DNA of 64,000 nt from an uncultured delta proteobacterium (GTDB taxonomy: Bacteria; Desulfobacterota; Desulfobacteria; Desulfobacterales; QNYZ01), in contig CAWJQU010000001.1 of the NCBI GenBank assembly GCA_963845145.1, positions 96,001 to 160,000 of the forward strand. Reading direction: 5' to 3'. Within the stretch, counting starts at the first letter, position 1. The number at the start of each line of letters is the position of its first letter. Below, one piece after another: positions 19,248-28,694 of the stretch. The translations under genes were made by a program, and so were the position numbers. The notes beneath the pieces were generated by a model. The model was not told where the DNA came from. It saw only the letters and a program-made list of their open reading frames with translations, and ran no database searches.

Positions 19248-20650
19248 TGGGATTGTTCGATACTGCAACTGATTTGGGAGGGAAAGATTTTACCCGGATT
19301 GAGTAACCCCTTAGGGTCTACCAATTGTTTGAGGCTCCGCATGAAGTTGAGTGTCCCTTGATCAATATTCCAGGCGATTTTTTCGCGCTTAATAAGCCCA
19401 ATGCCATGCTCTGCGGCAATTCTGCCTTCCAGTTCAATGGTTTTCTTTAAAATCGCATTTCTAGCTTCCTGGACGTTTTCCTTAAGTACGCTATCATTCT
19501 TTGGGGCGAGACTAACATGGATGTTTCCATCTCCGGCGTGGCCAAAACTAACAATGGTAACCGCATAGGTTTTACCAATCTCTTCAAATGCGTCGATAAT
19601 ATCTGGGATGCGGGATATGGGGACCGAAATGTCCTCTTCCTCCCAATCGGATTTCAGCTTGTTTAACGCCCCATGCAAGGTGCGTCTTGAACGCCATAAT
19701 TTATCCTGGTTTTTCGCATCGGCCGCTATTATGACTTCAATGGCCTTATTGGCAAGGCAAATCTGACGAATTCGTTCGATGTTAACTGCTATTTCAGATA
19801 CAGGCCCGTCCACATCCATTAAAAGCATGGCGTTTGTTCCCGGTGGAACAGGATCACCCATTAAATCGCTTACCGCATCAAGACAATACTTATCCAGGAG
19901 TTCCAATGTCGTGGGGGTAATACCCTTTCGGAGAATGTCGGGAACGGTTTTGGCCGCGGATTTTATATCATGAAATACCGCCGACACTGTTTGCCTGGAT
20001 TCGGGTTGGGGCAACAACCTGAGAATGGCCTGGGTCACCACCCCCAGGGTTCCTTCCGAACCGACGAACAGCCGGGTGATATCGTAGCCGACGACATCTT
20101 TGATGCATTTAGAGCCGGTATGGATGATTTCCCCATTGGGCAATACCACCTCCAGGCCCATAACATAATTCTCGGTGACGCCGTATTTCACCGCCCGCAT
20201 ACCACCCGCATTTTCAGCTATATTGCCACCGATGGTTGAAATCGCCATGCTTGCGGGGTCAGGCGGGTAGAACAGACCATCTTTCTCTACGGCTTTTTGG
20301 AGGTGAGATGTGATCACCCCAGGCTCCACGACGGCAAGAAAATTATCCTTATCAATCGTAATAATACGGTTAAAATGTTTCATAACCATTACAATTCCGC
20401 CGGACAACGGTACCGCGCCACCGGTCAACCCGGTTCCGGCGCCCCGGGGTACGATGGGTATGTCGTGGGTGTTGCAAATGGCAAGAACCCTGGATACGTG
20501 GTCAACAGATTCCGGGAACACCACTGCTGCGGGTGTGCATTTTTGTCCTGAGGCATCATAGGCGTAAGTAATTCGATCTTCCATGGAAGTTCGGTAATTG
20601 GCCCTGCCGAGGCATGAAATAAATGATTTTTCAGCTTCTTTCGGAATCAT
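19244..20650 (-). CDS. glcD: GlcD-like FAD-linked 2-hydroxyacid oxidase subunit
   Basis: PRGAGTGLTGG, YPPDPAS...STIGGN, GHAGDGNIH, AEHGIG, LNPGK. Confidence 0.88.
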   Translation of the reverse strand: MIPKEAEKSFISCLGRANYRTSMEDRITYAYDASGQKCTPAAVVFPESVDHVSRVLAICNTHDIPIVPRGAGTGLTGGAVPLSGGIVMVMKHFNRIITIDKDNFLAVVEPGVITSHLQKAVEKDGLFYPPDPASMAISTIGGNIAENAGGMRAVKYGVTENYVMGLEVVLPNGEIIHTGSKCIKDVVGYDITRLFVGSEGTLGVVTQAILRLLPQPESRQTVSAVFHDIKSAAKTVPDILRKGITPTTLELLDKYCLDAVSDLMGDPVPPGTNAMLLMDVDGPVSEIAVNIERIRQICLANKAIEVIIAADAKNQDKLWRSRRTLHGALNKLKSDWEEEDISVPISRIPDIIDAFEEIGKTYAVTIVSFGHAGDGNIHVSLAPKNDSVLKENVQEARNAILKKTIELEGRIAAEHGIGLIKREKIAWNIDQGTLNFMRSLKQLVDPKGLLNPGKIFPSQISCSIEQSQ

Positions 20651-21980
20651 TGGGCAACCCCATTACTTTCGATACCAGCCGGGTCACTTTCAATACCATC
20701 CTGGTCACTTTTAATAAATGGCACCTGCACACCCCCCTGGGTCAAGACGGCTACTTTGCACTCAACCCGTCCGGCCAGCTCTCCTTCCACCGCCTCTTCC
20801 ACCGTCTGGTAATACGCGAATCCCATCTTTTGGGTCTCTTGGAACGTAATACCGGACGATACCAGGGCAATTCTGAAGCGGTTGGAGATCATTTTCAGAG
20901 CCGTAGCTTCCGAAGCGGCAACCGTATCGGCCGCGCGGCGCGGTTTTGATCATGGACCGCAAATCGGCTATGCTTTTAGACAAGTATTCACATAGAAGGG
21001 GGTGTTCGCCAAAAGACTCCCGGCACGCAGCAACCAGGATCAACGAACCGCCCTCCTCGGCCATAAGCTCAGCCGAACCAAGGGCTTTGGTGGCCTGCCA
21101 GAAGTCAATATCATAGGGGTAGGCGTTGGCCAGCACCACCGGATACTTACGGGCAACCGACACGCCATAAATACGCATGGCCAGGCGGGCGCCGGTGCGG
21201 TGAGCTTCCACGGGATGCCCCGCCACACAGTTCGCGATACGGCCTTTGGCATCCAGAACCGCGTTTAAGATAAAATGAAGCGGAACCTTTTCGGCCACGA
21301 AGGCCTCAAGATCGACACGCAGGGTTGCGTCTGTCCGCGCCAGCTGGCTCTCCTTTAAAAAGGCTATTTTATTATGGAACGCCTCCACAGTCCGCTGACC
21401 ACACACGCCGGGCAGAATAATTTTCGCACCGCCACCAAAACCGGCGTCTATGTGCGGAACGATCATCCCCACCCCGATACGCAGGTCTGCATCGGCAACA
21501 GTCGTGTTCACCCAAGCCGGCACCCCGTTTGAGGATTCTCCCATATACTTCAGGCTGTTTTTTTCCCACGCAGAGGTGTTGACGATGGGGTAGCGCCCCG
21601 ATATCTCGAGACCGAACTTGAAGATAATTTCATCCCGGGTCATGGGACGATGCGTACCCAGGGCGATGACAATGGATATGGCGTCATCCCGCACCCCGGC
21701 GTCCGGCCAACTCCTCCAGAATATGCGGAAGCATCAAATGCGTGGGCGTCTTACGTGTGATGTCGTCGACGATGAGGGCCACCCTTGGGGGCCGGGCGAC
21801 GGGAAGGATCACCTCCCTCAACCGCGCTGAACCTATTGGGTTGTTAAGGGCACGGCGCACCTCGCGCTCGGGGTCCACGGCCGATGCCATCTTGCGTGGT
21901 TTGAGGACCTCGCCGAGCGTGTCGGCCTCAAAATTTACACACAAATTTCTATTTTCCGCCGGCAATTCTAATACAGCCAT
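20647..21980 (-). CDS. larA: LarA-family nickel-pincer racemase/epimerase, split by frameshifts near 21704 and 20935
   Basis: DDITRKTP, ALGTHR.M, PH..AGFGGG.K.I.PG, EAFH, FWQATKAL spread over three overlapping ORFs. Confidence 0.8.
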
Positions 21981-22091
21981 CAGGATTCACCGATCATGGG
22001 ATGTGGCTTGCAGCAGGGCTCTGTGGCACGCGTGTTCAAGGTCGCGCGTCAGGTTGCAGCTTAACGGCATGGATTTCATGTGCGCTCTCAT

Positions 22092-22775
22092 TCAATGGCT
22101 TTCTTCCATCTCCAAGCGCAATCCAGGAATTTCTAGTCGTTTACTCAGAATTCGCAAAATGATACTGGCGACACCCACAAGTAAAAGATAAATAAGGGCA
22201 ACCAAAACATAGGTTTGTATGGGTGCAAACTGCTGGCTGGCGATCCTTTTAGCCTGGGCCATGAGATCGGGCACGGCAATCAGGAACACCACGGCCGTAT
22301 ACTTGATCATGGAAATCAGTTCGTTGGACCAGGCCGGAATAACCAACCTGAACGCCTGGGGTAGTATAATGCTCCAGATCGCCGTTACGCGACTCATACC
22401 GATGGCCCGGGCCGCGGTCATCTGTCCACCATCCACGGCTTGAATGGCACCACGAAAATACTCCGCCTGGTAGGCACTGGAGTTGAGCCCCAGGGTCACG
22501 TAGGCCGCTACCATCCTGGAGAGCGTCAGCCCTACGCCCGGCAGACCGAAGTACACGATAAAAAGTTGGACGAGTAACGGGGTGCCCCTGAAAAAATTAA
22601 TGTAGACGAATAGGCTTTTATTCAGCCAGCCGGGGCCATACACCCGCAGCAGGGCAATCGGCAGTCCAATGAAGAACCCCAGCAGGATGGCGCCCAAAGT
22701 CAATTGCAAGGTCAGGACCGTTCCCTCTAGCATGGCCGGCAGGTTCTCCATGGCGAATGGTAGAAAATCACCCAT
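22092..22775 (-). CDS. Polar amino acid ABC transporter permease
   Basis: FRGTPLLVQL, SAYQAEYFRG..QAV..GQ..AA.AIGM. Confidence 0.95.
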   Translation of the reverse strand: MGDFLPFAMENLPAMLEGTVLTLQLTLGAILLGFFIGLPIALLRVYGPGWLNKSLFVYINFFRGTPLLVQLFIVYFGLPGVGLTLSRMVAAYVTLGLNSSAYQAEYFRGAIQAVDGGQMTAARAIGMSRVTAIWSIILPQAFRLVIPAWSNELISMIKYTAVVFLIAVPDLMAQAKRIASQQFAPIQTYVLVALIYLLLVGVASIILRILSKRLEIPGLRLEMEESH

Positions 22776-23532
22776 CAGCGCCCCCGTTTCCGGTGTGTGA
22801 GATCATGGAAAGGAACTGTCTGGCACGCTGGGTTTTTGGATTCTCGAACACCTCATCCGGTGGGCCGTCTTCCTGAACAACACCACCTTCCATGAAGATA
22901 ACCCGATCAGCCGCCTCACGGGCAAAACTCATTTCATGGGATACGATGAGCATGGTCATGCCCTCCACGGCCAGTTTCTTCATTACGGCGAGCACTTCGC
23001 CTGTCAGCTCCGGATCCAGGGCAGAAGTAGGTTCGTCAAAAAGCATAATGCGCGGGTCCATACCGAGGGCTCGGGCGATACCGACGCGTTGTTTCTGACC
23101 ACCCGAAAGCTGGGCTGGATATTTGCCCGCATGCTCGGCCATGCCTACTCGGGCGAGTTCGTGCAGGCCCTTTTGTCTGGCCGCGCCCGCCTTCATGTGA
23201 GACACCTTGCGCAGGCCGATAGTAACGTTGTCCAGGGCGGTGAGATGATTGAAAAGATTAAACTCCTGGAAAACCATGCCAATCCTGCGCCGCACATGGT
23301 CCTTGCTCATGCCTTTTGCGGTTATCTCCTGCTCCTCCAACCAGATCCGTCCTCCGGAAGGTTTGACCAGCAGGTTGATGCACTTGAGCAGCGTGCTCTT
23401 GCCCGTACCGCTGGGGCCGATGATAACGGCCACCTCGCTTGGCTCCATGGAGAAGGAGACATCCTTGATGACCTCAACGCCGCTAAACGACCGTTTCAAA
23501 TTTTCAATTTTCAGGATCGGGTTCGATGCCAT
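22768..23532 (-). CDS. Polar amino acid ABC transporter ATPase
   Basis: GPSGTGKST, LSGGQKQR, FDEPTSALDPE. Confidence 0.95.
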   Translation of the reverse strand: MASNPILKIENLKRSFSGVEVIKDVSFSMEPSEVAVIIGPSGTGKSTLLKCINLLVKPSGGRIWLEEQEITAKGMSKDHVRRRIGMVFQEFNLFNHLTALDNVTIGLRKVSHMKAGAARQKGLHELARVGMAEHAGKYPAQLSGGQKQRVGIARALGMDPRIMLFDEPTSALDPELTGEVLAVMKKLAVEGMTMLIVSHEMSFAREAADRVIFMEGGVVQEDGPPDEVFENPKTQRARQFLSMISHTGNGGADG

Positions 23533-23544
23533 CGTTTTTTTCCG

Positions 23545-24177
23545 TCACATCACAATACGAAATTTTCGTTCAAAGACGCCCAAAGCCTGAGTCGCCATAA
23601 AGGTGAGCAGAAAATAAAGGATCGCGGCCGAGCCGAAAGCAATGAAAGGTTCATAGGTCCTTGCACTGATGTATTGTGCCCGTCGAAGGATTTCAGGAAC
23701 GCCGATGACGAAAATCAGGGATGAATCCTTGAGCACTAAAGTCACTTCGTTGGACCAGGCGGGAATGGCGATCCTTAGGGCTTGGGGTAGAACAATGTTC
23801 CGGATGGCCACCCATTTGCTCATGCCGACAGCCCGGGCGGCCACCATTTGATTGGCCGGAACGGAGAGTATGGCACCCCGGAAGATCTCTGTCTGATACG
23901 CGCCGCTGGCAAATCCCAGGGCAAAAGCGCCTGAATAGAAAGCGGACAGATCCACGAATTCGGCAATGACAAAAAAAAGGATGAAGATGATCACGACCAC
24001 CGGAACAGCCCGCACCACAATGCTGTAGGCCGTGGCAATCCAGGAGAAACCCGGTCCACCATACACACGCAGCACCGCCATAAATAAGCCCAGGGCCACA
24101 CCCAGAGCCAGGGCGATGAGGGTCACCGATAAGGTGATCCAGATTCCCGGAAGAATATACTGCAGCGCCGCCCACAT
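23545..24177 (-). CDS. Polar amino acid ABC transporter permease
   Basis: GAYQTEIFRG, QM.AA.AVGM, LKDSS. Confidence 0.93.
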   Translation of the reverse strand: MWAALQYILPGIWITLSVTLIALALGVALGLFMAVLRVYGGPGFSWIATAYSIVVRAVPVVVIIFILFFVIAEFVDLSAFYSGAFALGFASGAYQTEIFRGAILSVPANQMVAARAVGMSKWVAIRNIVLPQALRIAIPAWSNEVTLVLKDSSLIFVIGVPEILRRAQYISARTYEPFIAFGSAAILYFLLTFMATQALGVFERKFRIVM

Positions 24178-24191
24178 GGTCCGCTCTCTCC

Positions 24192-24231
24192 TTTATTGAT
24201 TCGGCGGACCGGCCCCCGCCCGCCCGCCGAA
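24192..24231 (-). terminator. GC-rich hairpin between the binding-protein and permease genes
   Basis: ATTCGGCGG...CCGCCGAAT inverted repeat. Confidence 0.45.
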
Positions 24232-24245
24232 TGGCAGCCCAATTC

Positions 24246-25031
24246 TTAGAACAGACCGTACTTATCCATAATTTTCTTCAAGGTCCCGTCGGCTTTAATG
24301 GCTTCAATGGCCTTGTCAACTTCGGCCTTCAGGGCCGCTTCACCTTCCGGCATGGCGATGGACTGGCCGCCGGCCACGGTTTCGGTGGTGATCAGGGCAA
24401 TTTCCAGACCGGCTTTCTCAGCGTGCTGTTTGGCGGGGTCGGAGATGATAAACAAGATGTCTGCGCGACCGGCGCTGATGTCCATGGCAGCGCTGTCTAC
24501 CCGCTCGTAGGAAAAGACATTATCCTTGTCCGTCTTACCGGTTTCGACCAGGTGTTTATTAACCCACTTTTCCTGGATGGTGCCGGTCTGCACGGCGATT
24601 TTATGGCCGGCCGCGTCTTCGGGTTTAACCATTTTAATACCCGAGCCCTTCTTCACCAAGAACGCATCCTTGATTTCATGGTAGACTATTGAAAAATCAA
24701 CGGACTTGTCACGCTCGGGCGTCGCCTGCATAGCGGCAACGACGGCGTCGATCTTCTTGTTCTGCAATGCGGCGATGAGGGTGTCAAAACCCATGTCCAC
24801 AATCTTAACCTCCACGCCCATGCGCTTGCCGACTTCACGGATAAGATCCATGTCAAAACCGACGAAGTTGTCCTTTTCGTCCTTGGACTCATAGGGCGGG
24901 TAATCGGCTGAGGTGCCAACAACCATTTCACCCTTGGATTTGACATCGCTTAGGACATCGGCGGACGCCACGCCGGCAAGGATCAGCAAGCCTGTCAAAA
25001 GAACCGATATAAAGAATACACGACGCTTCAT
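24246..25031 (-). CDS. Amino acid ABC transporter substrate-binding protein (family 3)
   Basis: Signal peptide; VGTSADYPPYE, GFDMDL, AVQTGTIQ. Confidence 0.93.
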   Translation of the reverse strand: MKRRVFFISVLLTGLLILAGVASADVLSDVKSKGEMVVGTSADYPPYESKDEKDNFVGFDMDLIREVGKRMGVEVKIVDMGFDTLIAALQNKKIDAVVAAMQATPERDKSVDFSIVYHEIKDAFLVKKGSGIKMVKPEDAAGHKIAVQTGTIQEKWVNKHLVETGKTDKDNVFSYERVDSAAMDISAGRADILFIISDPAKQHAEKAGLEIALITTETVAGGQSIAMPEGEAALKAEVDKAIEAIKADGTLKKIMDKYGLF

Positions 25032-25267
25032 TGTACTACCTCCTTAAATGTTAAATTGTTTTTCTCGGAGCTCACGCACTTCGATGGAGAGCTTCCTCAT
25101 TGTCATCAGAATACGGACAGTATCGTATTCAGGAAAAAAAAACCAGATTGCGGCAGGCATAATTGTTAAGCCGGCGCTTTCACTAAATGCCAGGTATGTT
25201 CAAAACAACACCAACCGTCATACCCCGATCTATCTACCCGATCTATCAAATTGGTTAATCAGGTCGG

Positions 25268-26107
25268 CTACCACCCGGTCAAACGCTTATGCCAAACCCA
25301 CATGCTTTCAATGCCACCTGAAATCTGGGTGTTGTTAACCAATGTCCCACCCCAGATATAGTTCGCCCTCTTGAAGACGATATTCATTCCGGCTGAGAGT
25401 GTTCGTGAAATGGTAAATGCGGTCCGCATCCCCGCCGCAATCATCTCCTGCTCCAGACGGGCCAGCAGATAGGCTGCCATTCCCTTTCCACGCATCTCGG
25501 ACAACACAGCAAAATCGGTCATCTCCGCCGCCAAATGGGCCCTATCCATTTCCCCGGCGCACAACCCCACGATGCGTCGGTTCACGGTAGCGCAAAGGTA
25601 TCGTGTATGGGAGGCCATGGTCTCGGCCAGGTATTCAGGATCATCCACAGGAAACGGATAGGAAGCAAACACCCTCCTGAAAATATGCGCTATTTCAACA
25701 CAATCAGACGGGTCACATAAACGGATGGCGGGAAGATCGGCCGCCTGTAACAAAGACGGCTCGGAATCATTCGCAACAAGGGTAAAGTTTCTTTTCACTC
25801 GGGCCGGATGATACTCCCGGTCGCGGCCCGTCTGAAAAAATCTTGACATAAAAAGAAGCTTCTCCCCCGATGCAAAATATTCCGTTATCGCGGCCTCCCT
25901 GACATATTGGGCCTCAAGGAACGCCCCTTCCATGGATTCCGGTACGCGGGCCAGGATTTTGGAATATCCCTTCGTGGTCGCCAAATCATCTATTTTTTCA
26001 ATGACCCAGGGCACCTCTTCAGGGCAGGGGGTCATCAAGTAGACACGGTTATTGAACGGCCCATGCTGGACGATGGATCGGCCGATGGTCGTGATGGTAT
26101 CCGTCAT
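25268..26107 (-). CDS. ablB: Putative beta-lysine N-acetyltransferase (AblB/YodP-like GNAT)
   Basis: QHG..N.RVYLM, VF.SYPFP..DP.YL, AEMTDFA.L...RGKG, GTLVNNTQISG.IESM.VW.K. Confidence 0.8.
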   Translation of the reverse strand: MTDTITTIGRSIVQHGPFNNRVYLMTPCPEEVPWVIEKIDDLATTKGYSKILARVPESMEGAFLEAQYVREAAITEYFASGEKLLFMSRFFQTGRDREYHPARVKRNFTLVANDSEPSLLQAADLPAIRLCDPSDCVEIAHIFRRVFASYPFPVDDPEYLAETMASHTRYLCATVNRRIVGLCAGEMDRAHLAAEMTDFAVLSEMRGKGMAAYLLARLEQEMIAAGMRTAFTISRTLSAGMNIVFKRANYIWGGTLVNNTQISGGIESMWVWHKRLTGW

Positions 26108-26207
26108 GAATGCCTTGGAATGATTTTTGATTATCCCATCGTATAACCCTTACCTTAGCCCAAATTTGGATCTTAGCCCACTTTTGGGCGTGTATCAAGA
26201 AATGCGG

Positions 26208-26261
26208 CAGGGCAATCGCAAATATCAACCATGCTTTTTTAATTTTACTTGCGATTACCCT
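26208..26261. mobile_element. 54-bp MITE-like element with target-site duplication
   Basis: CAGGGCAATCGCA...TGCGATTACCCT flanked by AAGAAATGCGG at 26197-26207 and 26262-26272. Confidence 0.75.
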
Positions 26262-26373
26262 AAGAAATGCGGTGAATCCACTTGAATTGGCCTCGGATTA
26301 TGATAATAATGATGGATACTTAATATCAACCCGAATGATCCCAACCGAAAAGCAAAATCGGAAAGCGAATCCC

Positions 26374-27036
26374 ATGAAATACCCCTTTTTACTTTATAAT
26401 CAGCAGATCAAGCATGTCCCGATCTTTCCCAATCTGGACGGAGCCCCCTATCTGTTAAACCTGTCGGACACAAATGCCATTATGAACGAAGTCGATTTCA
26501 GCGATCAACCGGCCTTTCAAAAGTGGCTGGAAGGACATATGGGGAGTCGATATACGTGGGGGTTCGCCGATTACCTTGAGCCACGGCAACAACTTCTCAA
26601 AGACTGCCCCCAAATGGTTTCTGAAAATCGGTTTTATCACCTCGGAATTGATATTATCGTACCCCTGGGAGCGGCCCTGCACGCACCGCTAAACGGTACT
26701 GTCCAGGCGGTGGGGTATGAGGAAGGGAATGGTAATTACGGTGGTTTTGTCATTTTGAAACATCTGTTTGAAAGTACCGACACCTTCTACAGTCTGTATG
26801 GCCATTTATGCCAAACGTCGCTTCCCGAAAAGGGCCAATCGTTTGCGGCCGGGGAAGCGTTTGCCAAGATCGGCGACTTTCATGAGAACGGTAACTGGTT
26901 CTACCATACTCATCTTCAAATAATCACCGAAATTGGTATGCAAAAGGGCTTTGCCACCAAAGGGTACGCGGCGCCTGAAGACATGCCGGAAATGCAGGCG
27001 CTGTGCCCCTCCCCGGTCCCATTGTTTAAACGGTGA
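26374..27036 (+). CDS. M23-peptidase-like protein without signal peptide
   Basis: HLGID (HxxxD), GNYGG.V.L.H, SLYGHL, NGNWFYHTHLQ (HxH). Confidence 0.8.
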   Translation: MKYPFLLYNQQIKHVPIFPNLDGAPYLLNLSDTNAIMNEVDFSDQPAFQKWLEGHMGSRYTWGFADYLEPRQQLLKDCPQMVSENRFYHLGIDIIVPLGAALHAPLNGTVQAVGYEEGNGNYGGFVILKHLFESTDTFYSLYGHLCQTSLPEKGQSFAAGEAFAKIGDFHENGNWFYHTHLQIITEIGMQKGFATKGYAAPEDMPEMQALCPSPVPLFKR

Positions 27037-27092
27037 TCTACCCTTTAATTATGCATTTATAACAACCCAATAAAAAAATAAGGTTTACCTCC

Positions 27093-28250
27093 ATGCCAAA
27101 AACCGCTGAGCGGCTCAACCTGTTGACCGAGTCGGTAATTCGGGAAATGACCCGAATAGCCGACAAATATGAGGCCATCAATCTATCCCAGGGATTTCCG
27201 GATATCGATCCGCCACCGGAAGTGCTGGAAGCCGCCCACCGGGCCATCTCCGGCCCCTATCATCAATATGCCGTCACCTGGGGTGCGCCCAATTTCAGAC
27301 AGGCCCTGGCCGAAAAGCAACGCCGCTTTATGGGACTGGACCTGGATGCCGATGACCATATCGTAGTGACTTGCGGTGGTACCGAGGCCATGATGGTGGC
27401 CATGATGACCGCTTGCAATCCCGGCGACAAGGTGATCGTCTTTTCGCCCTATTATGAAAACTATGGCGCCGATACGATCCTTACCGGCGCCCAGCCGATT
27501 TTCGTCCCCCTACACCCGCCGGACTTTTCTTTTGACCCCGATGAATTGCGCCGGGCCTTCAAACAGGGGGCCAAGGCCCTGGTATTGTGCAATCCCGCCA
27601 ACCCTTCGGGCAAGGTGTTCACTGAAAAAGAGCTGGCCATCATTGCCGATCTGGCCAAAGAGTTCAATGCCTTCGTCCTAACCGATGAAGTCTACGAGCA
27701 TATCGTCTATGCACCCAATAAACACGTTTATATAGCCGCCCTGCCGGAGATGTTCGAGCGCACCATCTCGGTCAGCTCATTATCCAAAACCTATTCCATG
27801 ACCGGCTGGCGTCTGGGATATGTCATTGCCCCCTCTAAGATCATTGCCGAGGCCCGCAAGGTGCATGACTTTCTAACGGTGGGCGCCGCCGCGCCGTTGC
27901 AGGAAGCGGCGGTAACAGCCCTTAAACTACCCCCCGCATATTATGAAGAACTGCAAACCGATTATACCCACAAGCGCGATCTGTTCTGCAGCTACTTGGA
28001 TGATGCAAATCTAAAGTATGTCAAACCCCAGGGCGCCTACTACGTTCTGGTGGATATCGGTGACTTTCAGGCAAAAGACGATACCGCCTTTTGCCGTTAT
28101 CTGGCCAAAGATATCGGCGTGGCCGCCGTACCCGGATCAAGTTTCTTTCAAGAGCCGGTACATCATTTGATTCGGCTTCATTTTGCCAAAAGCGATGACG
28201 TGCTCATCGAAGCCGGACAACGATTGGGCCGACTCAAGGCGGTGGCTTGA
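27093..28250 (+). CDS. PLP-dependent aminotransferase class I/II
   Basis: AINLSQGFPD, NPANPSG, TDEVYE, SLSKTYSMTGWRLGY. Confidence 0.93.
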   Translation: MPKTAERLNLLTESVIREMTRIADKYEAINLSQGFPDIDPPPEVLEAAHRAISGPYHQYAVTWGAPNFRQALAEKQRRFMGLDLDADDHIVVTCGGTEAMMVAMMTACNPGDKVIVFSPYYENYGADTILTGAQPIFVPLHPPDFSFDPDELRRAFKQGAKALVLCNPANPSGKVFTEKELAIIADLAKEFNAFVLTDEVYEHIVYAPNKHVYIAALPEMFERTISVSSLSKTYSMTGWRLGYVIAPSKIIAEARKVHDFLTVGAAAPLQEAAVTALKLPPAYYEELQTDYTHKRDLFCSYLDDANLKYVKPQGAYYVLVDIGDFQAKDDTAFCRYLAKDIGVAAVPGSSFFQEPVHHLIRLHFAKSDDVLIEAGQRLGRLKAVA

Positions 28251-28300
28251 TTATTTACAAATAAGTTTAACCCAGTAAAATTAATCAGGGAGGCCCCCAC

Positions 28301-28663
28301 ATGGGCGAAAACTTTCTATCGATTATTGTGACCATTACGTTCTTTGTTCTCATGGCCTATCTGATCTTTAAAGGCAGGCAAAGGCGCTCGGAGCATAGTA
28401 GAGAGACGATACAACACGGCTCAGGACGCCCGGGTAACCAACGAAACGCCAATGAGGCCATGGCGGAATTTAATTCACACTTGGAACACCTACAAGCGCT
28501 GGCCCAGTCCCAGGAAGGCGCTACCCATGAGCCTCAGGCCCATGTGGTGAAAATTTTATCGGCAATACAGACCCAATTGGTTGACCTGGACAAACGCATC
28601 AAGGTTTTTGAAAAGGAAGCCGAGGCATTCAAAAAGAGCCATGTCGGTCTGGAAAACCCATAG
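28301..28663 (+). CDS. Hypothetical single-pass membrane protein with coiled-coil tail
   Basis: GGAGG RBS; N-terminal TM helix; heptad-rich C-terminus. Confidence 0.55.
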   Translation: MGENFLSIIVTITFFVLMAYLIFKGRQRRSEHSRETIQHGSGRPGNQRNANEAMAEFNSHLEHLQALAQSQEGATHEPQAHVVKILSAIQTQLVDLDKRIKVFEKEAEAFKKSHVGLENP

Positions 28664-28694
28664 AACCGAGCCAATTTCAAAACGTTTTAGTTTG

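Noticed and set aside
21684..21686. TGA ending the LarA N-terminal ORF as a selenocysteine codon
   Set aside because: The continuation needs a frame change; readthrough would not join the ORFs.
21987..22091. 34-codon ORF (MRAHMKS...) between the permease and larA
   Set aside because: No motif or clear RBS evidence; cannot be distinguished from chance.
22936..23724. 262-aa plus-strand ORF and other long antisense ORFs
   Set aside because: Shadow frames of well-supported GC-rich genes on the opposite strand.
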